A stretch of 64,000 bases of DNA from Squalus acanthias (lineage: Eukaryota), in NCBI GenBank assembly GCA_030390025.1, contig CM059438.1, positions 65,412,001 to 65,476,000 of the forward strand. The letters are read 5' to 3'. Numbering within the stretch: position 1 is the first letter of the stretch; every line of letters starts with the position of its first letter. Shown here piece by piece: positions 38,708-49,310 of the stretch. Under the pieces are notes generated by a model. That model worked only from the letters and a program-made list of their open reading frames with translations, ran no database searches and was not told the DNA's origin. Made by a program: the position numbers and the translations under genes.

Positions 38708-39737
38708 GGCTGAGTTTGGATCAGTCGAGGCCCTGTGGGTGGCATAGCGGGCCCAGGGGCTGAGTGGCCGGGTCCTGCTCCTACTTCTTGTGTTCTTTAG
38801 ATTTGAGGTGAGGATCAGATCAGCCATGATCTTATTGAATGGCGGAGCAGGCTCGAAGGGCCGATTGGCCTACTCCTGCTCCTATTTCTTATGTTCTTAT
38901 TTTCTTATATGACGCACTGGTTTTAATTAGCGCTCAAGTCACTACAGTGCTAACAGCTCTGCCTCAGGTGCGTTGCCTGAGGTCAGTATTATGGGCAGTA
39001 GAGAAAGTTAATAACAAGTTCAACAAAACGGACAACCCAGAATCAGAAACACACGTTTCCAGCTGTGGATATATCTCAGGCCACAAAGTATTTTTCACAA
39101 GACGGAGGCTGCTTTGAAATAGCAAAACATATTAGATACATTTTTTGGTCCTGGCATTTCTAAGCTAGATGTCGTTTTTTTTCTCCTTTATATTAAATGT
39201 TGTCTCAGCATCTGCTTGCGGGGATTTCTGCTGTAGCATTCTGTTACATTCAGTACATTACAGACTGGAGATCAATCTGCCCTGAAATCATTACGTACAC
39301 TTCAGCAACTAACAGGCTATTCCCTTCCAGTAATAAAGTACAAACCAGTCTGAACCAGTTCCATTGTCACTGCTGCTGGCATTTGTAGATAGAAAATAGA
39401 AAATAAAAGACACTGATGCACTGAGGAACCCACTGAGTTAGGTGTATATAGATAAGCACCATTACAGATAGAGTATTGTCTGTGCATTGTTGATTGTTGA
39501 TACAAAGGTAGTCAATTATCCTGATGTAGACTGAGATAAACTCTCCAATGGAGAAGTACTGAGTTAAAAGCAGGGAAGAATGCTCCAAAGAAGCACAGCA
39601 CCCATGCGAAGCTTGGAAAGTGGGTTGCTGGGGGCGGGGGGGGGGAGCATGCAGGTTCCCTTGATTCACTAAACGCCAATGTTGCTGCTCCTTTAAAACT
39701 AACACTGCATCTTGAAATTGAGGACATTGTGCAGTGG

Positions 39738-40180
39738 TGTCAGCTGTGGCTTAGCGGTAGCACTCTCACCTCTGAGTCATAAGGTCCCATTCCAGAGATT
39801 TAACCACATAATCCAGGCTGACACTCCAGTGCAGTACTGAGGGAGCGCTGCACTGTCGGAGATGCCGTCTTTAGGATGAAACATTAAACCGATTCCTCGT
39901 CTGCCCTGGATGTAAAAGATCCCATTGCGCTATTTAGAAGAAAAGCAGGGGGTTCTCCCCAGTGTCCTGGTCAATTTTATGCCTCAACCAACATAATTAA
40001 AAAAAACACAGATTGTCTGGTCATTATCACATTCCTGTTTGTGGGAGCTTGCTGTGTGCAGATTGGCTGCCACGATTCCTACATTATAACTGTGACTACA
40101 TTTCAAAAGTACATAATTGGCCAGAAACGTGATTCAGGATGTCCTGAGGTAAGTGAAAGGTGCTATGTAAATGCAAGCTC
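39738..40180 (+). mobile_element. tRNA-derived SINE (Deu-domain-like core, L2-type tail)
   Basis: tRNA-like head gtggcttagcggtagcac; core ccaggctgacactccagtgcagtactgagggag; tail gaaaggtgctatgtaaatgcaag. Confidence 0.7.
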
Positions 40181-40802
40181 TTTTCTTTTTTTCCCTGTGT
40201 CGTGTGACATCTATAGAACTGTGTCAATGCGCTTGTGTCGTCTCACAAAATAGTGCCACGCCATGAGCACGCCGATATACTGAAGTGTCTCAGCGTCAAA
40301 TCCCCTGACCCGACCACTGCATGCAATTGCATCGTGATGTGACTTTTCCCAAGCCTGCTATCTTCAATAAGCCTGGAGATCAGTACAAGATGGCAACATA
40401 AACCTCGGACAATGTTTGGCATTACTCTCCTTGTACTTACATACGAAAAATGGCGGACAGGAAAAGATCTACTTGTCCATTCAGCCTGTCCCATATAATT
40501 GTAATGTTTTGTGCATACACCCCCCGCCCCACCAGAAGCCATGTAATCTCCTGGGAGAGGTGGAAAACCAGATTAAAAACCCAGACCTATTTGGGATTTG
40601 ACCCAGGATTTGATCTCCCTGTTACCTAAAGTTCAAAATGTTTTGATATGTACTGCAGCTTGAGCTATTCAGATCTAGAAACATGAAAAATTGCAAATAC
40701 TCACAATCTGAAATGTAAGAAAAATTCAGGAAATGCACAGAAGGTCAAGCAAAAAGAGAAAGAGAAGTAGGATTTTGAGTATGAATTTTCCAAATTCTGA
40801 TA

Positions 40803-41536
40803 TGCCCAGATTTTGCTGTACGAATAATGGCGAGGCTGACAGTGCTCGCCATTATTACTGGGTAAAAATGATAGCAACTTCTGGCGTCCACACATGCACA
40901 GTTAAATGGGGAAATTCGGAGGCTTCTGACAGAGATACCCTCCACAGGCTGCGCTGTTGCAGTCTTCGCCAATGGAATCTGCACAGAGGTCACTGTTATG
41001 GCGTGAACTTGGACTAACTGCCCACTATTATCACACTAAAGACCGATGAAAAACTTAAGCCTTGTTCAATCAGGAGTAACTGAGTTTTTAACAGCGTAGT
41101 AAGTCATAATTACTGCTGAACAACCTCTCTGGCCATGAAAAATTAATTTTGCAAGTGTGGAGTCTCATTCCCGCAGAAGAAAATGAATGTTGCAGATTTA
41201 AGAAAAAAAAAGGTTTTTGTATTTTTCTATTTATGTTTCTCGTTTAATCCCATGTGTATGTACCAATCTTTATTTTGCTTTCTGTACGATGATTTAAATG
41301 TAATTTATGTTTCCTGTTTTTTACTTCCTGCTTTGCTGTCTGTGAAGATTCTTCAATCTGATTGGTTGATCAGCCTCGCTGCTGCCTGCCCTGTTCACAG
41401 GCGCAACAGATCCCCTGTAGAGAATACCGAATTCAAACTGTTGCCGGAAAAGAGGAAGTCTGTGCTCTAAAGCCCGGAAATATTTTGTGGGCAGCTGTAT
41501 TTGAGGTCAATGACCGCTGACTGCAAAATCCGAGCC
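40803..41536. mobile_element. MITE related to 10322-10937
   Basis: Degenerate TIRs (T)GCCCAGATTTTGC...GCAAAATCCGAGCC; TSD ATA/ATA; internal similarity to 10322-10937 in reverse. Confidence 0.6.
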
Positions 41537-42859
41537 ATAATGTCTTACACACAAAACTTAATCCTATCTTTCTAATATGATGCAGTTTGTAAGCATTCAG
41601 AGTGGAGTTTCACAAATTCCTGATTGTGACCAACTTAACTACATATAGATAGGCACTGTGGCCTCCTAGAACTTGTTTGATTGCCCTCAGGAGTTGAATT
41701 CCCAGAGCTTTTTCCTGACTTGGCCCAGGTTTTTTTATTTTGTTTTTTTTGTGTTTCCCAGGAGATTAGGGGGCTGGTGGGTGGGTGGGTGTAAGTGGGG
41801 TGACGGGAAGGACAGGTGAGGGTGATGGTATGAAGTAGTCACACTGTGACAGTCTAGGACAGGCTCGATGGACTAGCTGGTCTTTTGCCGTCCTTCATGT
41901 TCATATGTTTGCAATTGTCTCAATCTATAATTTAAAAAACTGCAATTTTTTTTTTACAACAAACCTTTTTAGTGAACTGATGATATCATTTGCATCATTT
42001 GCAAAGCACGTGTGCGATGTGAAGTTACTAAGACGTGAGTGCCCCTTTAACAGACTAACAATTGATTCCATCCCCTGAGGCGACCATGTTGCAACTCCCT
42101 CTGTGACAGATGTCCAGCTGCTGTTCCGCTTCATCCTGTTATGAACAATACTTTTTGCAGTTCTGTGAAGCCAGTGGCCTTCAATTTGAAAGCTGACAAT
42201 GATTGGCTCGTGCTCAATGATTCTAAGTGTAAGGAGCTGGAATTCATCTCTGGAGAGGAGATAACACACAAATCGAATAATCGGCTGCCATCGCCAAACA
42301 GCAGAAGATTATTCCCAAGCTGTAACATTCGTTTTGCATTTAATGCAACATTTAACAGCTTCAAGAAGTGCTCTGTAAACCTGCTTGTTTTATATTGCAC
42401 GGCAGCCAGAACAACATTGAAACAAGAAAAAAGAAGACAGGATTTGAATTTATACAGTACCTTTCATGATCTCGTGTAAGAAAGCCTAGTTTTAGGCCTC
42501 TTTTCTTGTCCAATATATTAGAGTCGACACTATGCGGTTACAGAAATAGTTTATTTTTAGTGGTAAAACAAAGGTTGATACATGCAAGTATCTAAGCAGT
42601 AATTAACATAATGGAGCAAGAAATTATATTATCTGGTCCGATTTGGTAGGGGCCATAACTATGGATGCCTGTTGCATCTTCTTGTCTACAACTGTCTTCT
42701 TCATCTGGTGATCGCCTCTACGCTAACAAATGTCCAATTTCCCTAAATTATACCCTAAAGAAGGAATTGTGGCAAAATACATCCAAAACAAAACTTAATA
42801 CCAAACTGCAATCTAGCAAAGCTTAATACTGAAAGTAATAAAAGAGATTATATTCTAAC

Positions 42860-43245
42860 ACTCAGGACGTCCCAAAGCCAATTAAATACTTTTGAACTGT
42901 AGTCACTGTTGTAATCTAGGAAACACGGCAGCTAATTTGCATACAGCAAGGTCCCACAAACAGCAATGTGATAATGACCAGATAATCTGTTTTCCTGAGG
43001 GATAAATATCAGCCAGGACATCAGGGAGAACTCCACTGCTCTTAGTGGCACGGGATCTTTTGCATCCACCTGAGATAGCAGACGGGGCCTCATCTGAAAG
43101 GCAGCAGCTCCAACAGTGCAGCACTCCTTCAGTATTGCACTGAAGTGTCATTCTAGATTACATGCTCAAATCTCTGGAGTGGGATTTAAACCCACAACCT
43201 TCTGACTCAGAGGTAAAAGTGCTACCACTGAGCCAAGGCTGGCAC
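42860..43245 (-). mobile_element. tRNA-derived SINE
   Basis: Reverse-complement relative of 39738-40180. Confidence 0.65.
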
Positions 43246-43302
43246 CTGAAAGAGTTCTATTAAATTCAGTTTCTGACTGCTTCTGCCCTTATACTTTCCT
43301 AA

Positions 43303-44240
43303 ATGGGTGGAGTATCAATGGATGGGGTATGAATGGGTGGGGTATGAGTGGGTGGGGTATGAATGGGTGGGGTATGAATGGGTGGGGTATGAATGGGTGG
43401 GGTATGAATAGGTGGGGTATGAATGGGTGGCGTATGAATGGATGGGGTATGAATGGGTGGGGTATGAATAGGTGGGGTATCAATGGGTGGGGTATGAATG
43501 GATGGGGTATGAATGGTTGGGGTATCAATGGGTGGTGTATGAATGGGTGGGGTATGAATGGGTGGGGTATGAATGGGTGGGGTATGAATGGGTGGGGTAT
43601 GAATGGATGGGGTATCAATGGGTGGTGTATGAATGTGTGGGGTATGAAGGGATGGGGTATCAATGGGTGGGGTATGAATGGGTGGGGTATGAATGGGTGG
43701 GGTATGAATGGATGGGGTATGAATGGATGGGGTATGAATGGGTGGGGTATGAATGGATGGGGTATGAATGGGTGGGGTATGAATGGCTGGGGTATGACTG
43801 GATGGGGTATGAATGGATGGGGTATGAATGGATGGGGTAGGAATGGATGGGGTATGAATGGGTGGGGTATCAATGGGTGGGGTATGAATGGATGGGGTAT
43901 GAATGGATGGGGTATGAATGGGTGGGGTATGAATGGATGGGGTATGAATGGGTGGGGTATGAATGGATGGGGTATGAATGGATGGGGTATGAATGGGTGG
44001 GGTGTGAATGGGTGGGGTATGAATGGATGGGGTATGAATGGATGGGGGTATGAATGGATGGGGTATGAATGGATGGGGTATGAATGGGTGGGGTATGAAT
44101 GGATGGGGTATGAATGGGTGAGGTGTGAATGGATGGGGTATGAATGGGTGGGGTATGAATGGATGGGGTATGAATGGGTGAGGTGTGAATGGATGGGGTA
44201 TGAATGGGTGGGGTATGAATGGATGGGGTATGAATGGGTG
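43303..44240 (+). repeat. G-rich minisatellite (GAATGGRTGGGGTAT)n, 15-bp unit, about 62 copies
   Basis: Direct reading of the sequence. Confidence 0.97.
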
Positions 44241-47200
44241 TTGTCCTGTGCTGTGTGGGCAGGCTGCATCTCAGCCCAATGCAGGCAGTCAGTATTGCTG
44301 TGTCCACAATGCAGTGGCATGACTATGGTGAGGGCGTGGTGCTTCTTCTGATGTTGGCCAAAAAAGTCACTGCTTTTGGTGACTCTTTCGTCCTCTGGAC
44401 GGAGCAGTGCCAACTTGTTTGTTGCACTGCTGGCAAAGTTGGGGCTGATTTGAAAAAAAAACTACCAATTGGGCAACTTGTTCATTATGAGAATCGTCCT
44501 CTTCTCATGACTTGTGTTTTCTCCCTCAAAACTCTTGCTCGGTTGAGTTACTTAATGGGATGAAGCAGTCCTCCAGGACAGATGCAGAGTCCTCTGGGCA
44601 GCGCCCGAGTACAATTTGTTTTATATCCAAGAATTTGAGTAGTTTCTGATTCCGATAAAGCTTTCATCAAGGTAATGGCACCCTATCAATGAACTTGCCC
44701 AGTCTCTTTTTCCACAGACATTGAAATGGATTGTTCCTAAATTCCTATGGACGTCTATCACTAGAGTGAGTATTGCATTGTGGTTAAGGACCTGGTTAGT
44801 AGATGCCATTGCAGTGTTGCAATATAGAATGATTACGTACTTTAGATAGGCTTTCCGATTTCCCTTAGTCAAAAAGACCCCATCACAGGGCAATGTTTCA
44901 GCTCCATATCTGGTATCTTCCCAGAAGTTTCTATCTGGAGAGTACATCTCTTTATTTTTTTAAATTGGAGCTATCATTAATCTTTCCTTCAGGTTATGTG
45001 GTTCAGAACATTCTTCATTGTCTGAGTAATATTTTGGGTAACAGCATCAGTGTTTGCCTCTTCAAAAATTCATCAAAAGATGCACTTTAAACCTATGAAC
45101 CTCACCTTAGAAGGGTCCTATGTTCTCAGCAGATTTACTTTGATGTGGTAAGCAATTGATGTCCCAGGATTCAGCTTCCTCAGGTATCTCTCGATCATTA
45201 CTGACGAGCTTATTAAGGTTGCAGGCTTTGAGAAGTCTGTTGCCCTGTTTTGCTGCCCACTGACCTGTAGTTGATAGTTTAATGAAGTATGAAAGTTGAC
45301 CTCAAATCTTTCAGTCGCATACTGGAGCCAACATACTGGAGTGAACTCTGCCCCAATCATTCATGTCTGAATCTTTGAATTCACGATGACAAATTGCCAG
45401 ATAGAAAAATATGCAGTCATTTCAGGAAGGTTATTTGGAGTGGCTGTCACTTTATTCCACCTGGAGAAATGGTTGCTGATAGCAACCGGACATTTATTTG
45501 ACTCTTGCTGCTTGTACAACAGGATCAATAATTTCAATTTTTGGAGGGCACAGGAATGGGGTTAGAAGAATTCTTGCGAGCATTTGTGAGAAAGAGCTCT
45601 TAAATTTCCAAATTATCCCATTTCACCCCTTCTGACATGATCTCTCTGCTATCATCTGGTATTACTTGTCCAAAGCTGGCAGCACAGTCAGAGTCTCAGA
45701 GAACTTAGTTCTGTCAGAGTATTTTTATTGAGGACTTTATCTTGAATGGCAAAGCTGGGTGCAGTTTGACAACTGCTTTTGTTTGTCATTAGATAATAAT
45801 GTTTATTCCAGTTATTTTAATTTTAGTTGAGTTGGATCTTACTAATCTTCTCTTGGTGAGTTTCATTGAGCTGCTAAATACTTAACCTAATACTTGCCAA
45901 ATAACTTCTCGTACTTGGAAACTTGCTGTTTTTTTTTCCCCCTCCACACGCCTCTCCTCTCCCGATGGTAAAATTCTACAGTTGTTCCGGCTCCAGCACT
46001 TTGTCCAAGTGACCATTTTTCACATGATGCTTTAGTGGGAGTGTCACAAGCTATTCACCACAGGGCCATTGCAGCTGAGCCCGGTTTTGTCCTCAGTTGC
46101 ACTGACAAAGGGCTTGGAGCAAGTCAACCAAACTCTCTCTTGGTTACAGATGACGTAAGATGTGGGCAGACAAGGAAAGTGAATTGGGGAGATGGGAAGA
46201 AATGTCTTGGAAAAATACAGCATCACCTTCCCCAAAAACATTTGCACGCTACAACTAGAGTAATTGCTATAATGAGCGCTTTGGGATGTCCTGAGATCAA
46301 AAAAGGCACTATGCCAATGCAAATTGGTTTTTTATTGGAAAAGGGAGGACATGTTGACAGCGCAGTACAACTTGTAATGGAAATGAATCTAGAAGGTCCA
46401 TTAGTCAAAACAGCAGAGAGATGCAGATTACAGTGCACCTCTCTAATCAAAGATTCTAATATTGTGTTCTCCATTTTACAACACACCACCCACTCATCAT
46501 ATCATTATTGTCAATTTAATCTGGAAATATATATTATAAATGTTTTTGAAGAAAATATGTTCCAAAATGACAGCCGTGCAAAAGTAAATTACCCTTAGGG
46601 AACAGAGCAAAGCCTTGTAGAACATTCCTTGAAGAGATTGACTACATGAGGTGCAGTCCATGATGTAGTAAATTGTATAGGAATGGGCTTGCTGGGCCAG
46701 GTGGCCTCTCCTCATAAGATGTTCTTGTCCTAGTTTTAATCTTTGTGTTGGCGACATCCTGCCAATAAAAATAAACTTCTCTCGACCCCTCCACGGTTTC
46801 TAAATTGTCAGACTGCTTGCCCAACATACAGTTCTGGATGATCAGAAATTTTCTCCAATTAAATATTGGGACGTCTGAAGCCATTGATTTCGGTCCCCGC
46901 CACAAACTCCGCTCCCTAGCCATTGACTCCATCCCTCTCCCAAACATCTATCTGAGGCTGAACCACACTGTTCGCAACCTTGGTGTCTATTTGACCCTGA
47001 AATGAGCTTCTGACCCACATATCCGCAGCATAACTAAGACCACCTATTTCCACCTCCGTAACATCGCCCATCTCCGCCTTTGCCTCAGCTCATCCGCTGC
47101 TGAAACCCTCATCCATGCCTTTGTTACCTCTAGACTTGACTATTCCAACCCACTCCTGGCCGGCCTCCCACATTCCACCCTACATAAACTTGAGGTCATC

Positions 47201-47272
47201 CAAAACTTGGCTGCCCGTGTCCTAACTTGCACCAAGTCCCATTCACCCATCACCCCTGTGCTCGCTGACCTA

Positions 47273-48886
47273 TGTAAGGGATACTCTCCTGACCCTGCGT
47301 GTCTCGTAGCCTGTGAGATTCACGCGGCTCTGTGCAGCCTGTATGTCAGTGCGGGTCTAGGCCTGGTCTCCAGCCAGTCTGGGAACACTAGACACCCCTG
47401 TGAGTGGTTCGAATCACTCTCCCTTACGGTTCTAGACACTGGACTTAGATGCGAGAGCAGTAATGGAGATAAAACTCATGTAGACTTGGTTTGAACGGTA
47501 CGAAATGGAAAATCTTTATTGCATGATACTTAAAATTATGAAATACATGTCATATGCACAGATTAATGACAGTACAATCTTACAAACAGTTATAATCACT
47601 CTTAGGGAAACGAGGAACGACCAGCACAACGTAAATAGGGCACACATTACAAATATCCTTAAATTAAACCCTCCCCTATCAATAACTATCCTAAAACTAG
47701 CTTCGTAGGATCCCGAGACTCATGCTCACCACTCGTAATAACTCGGAGAAATCCCGAATAGCTGATCGGATGTTTTTCACCGCAGCACCCACGTGTTGGT
47801 CAGGAGATCTCCTGGTCCCACTTGTTTACTGCTTCTGCTGCTCGGTCAGTCGGCTGGACCGTCCGCTGTAGTGAAGACCTCTGTTGGTGGACTTTACAGT
47901 TCAGTCGAGGAGCACCGTTGTCAATATCATTGATACGATGTGTTTGCACAGTCCAGTTATCATCGATGCAATATGTCTTGTTAAAGAAGAAAACTTCGTT
48001 GTCAAGAAGACTTGGCTGATCGACCTACAGGCGCGGTCGGGATTTACTGACCGTGGCGATGGATAAGGTCTTCTTCTCTTCTCCTCTCATCTCATCTCAT
48101 CTCATCTCATCTCATCCCGGGCCTTCGGTTCCGCTGCCAGCTACCACCATAGGTCTTTGCAACAGTCTTTTACCCAGGAGCAGCCACGAGGTTAACAGCA
48201 GCAAGCGGCAAGAGTCACGAACACGAGGCAGGAGCAAGAATCAAGTCAAGAGGCAAGGATCAAGAGACAGAATGGACGGTTTGGGCCTGCAATTATAGTG
48301 CACAGTTCTTCCGTTTCCCGCCCAACTATAATGTCCATTCTTTTGTTTAAGGTTTGGCGCCCAAAAAGTCCTGTATGGGTGATCTCTGTCTTTAATGGGT
48401 TTCGGGGCTACTCCTGAATGTTTGAGTACCTGTTAATACTTCTCCCATTGTTAAATCGGTCGGTGTTCCCCCTGGAGGGGTTTGGGGCTTCCAAGTGTCC
48501 TGCATAACTACCTGCTAACGGCTCTCTCATCGTAGAGCCGTTGGGAGTTTACATATTAATGTCCTTTGGATGGGCCCTTGATGGCTTTCCTTTGTACCTG
48601 GGAGACCGATTCCAGTATCGATGTTTATACTGTAAACCCATAATGTCCTGTGTAATGTCTTCACTGTGCTGAATCGTTATCGATCTTGCAAGAATGTTTA
48701 TTGGAACGCCATCTTGTCTGCCTGCCGAAAAGTCTCGAATGTTCTGTCACGCGGTGCGGCGGCCATTTTACAGGCTGCTTGTGTCCAATTTAAACCTGAC
48801 AGCATTCCGCTGAAATAAAGCTGTTTTGAATGAAACTTGTGTTTTCTCCTTAATAAAATGAAATCGCGATAATTGCGAATTCTACA
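47273..48886 (-). repeat. 3' LTR of copy B (1,614 bp)
   Basis: Direct repeat of 58688-60301 (offset 11415); TG...CA ends; AATAAA at 47515-47520 (-). Confidence 0.97.
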
Positions 48887-48895
48887 GTCCCTCCT
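48887..48895 (-). other. Polypurine tract of copy B
   Basis: AGGAGGGAC on the minus strand abuts the 3' LTR. Confidence 0.8.
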
Positions 48896-49310
48896 GTTGA
48901 TGCGAATAACTCCGCTTATCGTATCAAAAACTCAGTGGTGAGCAATCTTATCTCGATTTCACTCCGAATCCAGTAAATTAATCCCATAAAATTTTAACTT
49001 CACTAAGGTCTCTGTGTCGTCCTTATTTCCCAAGAAAATCACACTTTATATCACCATAGGCATCATTTGCCCTTAAACTTACACCACTTGTTTTCCTTCC
49101 CGGCGTAACTAGGCCGATACCTCACGCATCACCTGTATATTTGTCTTTTATTCAAGGGAAGGAAAAACAAAACCCAAAAACCAAACAATCAACACCATCA
49201 CCAAAATAAAACAAATCCCGACTCTTAAACATGTCGAGTTTCCAACGTATTTACAATGGGTACAAACTTCCGCGGCGCACGTGGCGAGCGGGAGTGACGC
49301 CGTTTTCCCA

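Larger units (their letters stand above)
34308..38906 (+). mobile_element. Near full-length CR1 LINE
   Basis: ORF1, ORF2, 3' UTR and (ATGTTCTT)-like tail. Confidence 0.92.

Noticed and set aside
41925..42479. Overlapping ORFs as a possible host exon
   Set aside because: No recognisable protein or convincing splice pair; could be an old LINE remnant
43289..44413. Long ORFs (PHPFI, MNGWG and GYEWM repeats)
   Set aside because: By-products of a stop-free 15-bp minisatellite, open in several frames on both strands
47268..47272. 5-bp TSD ACCTA
   Set aside because: The A at 60301 is the LTR terminal CA (matched at 48886); removing the provirus and one CCTA restores the L2 frame
47505..48298. Small ORFs in the LTRs as accessory genes
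   Set aside because: Short, antisense to the virus, and not conserved as ORFs in the copy A LTR
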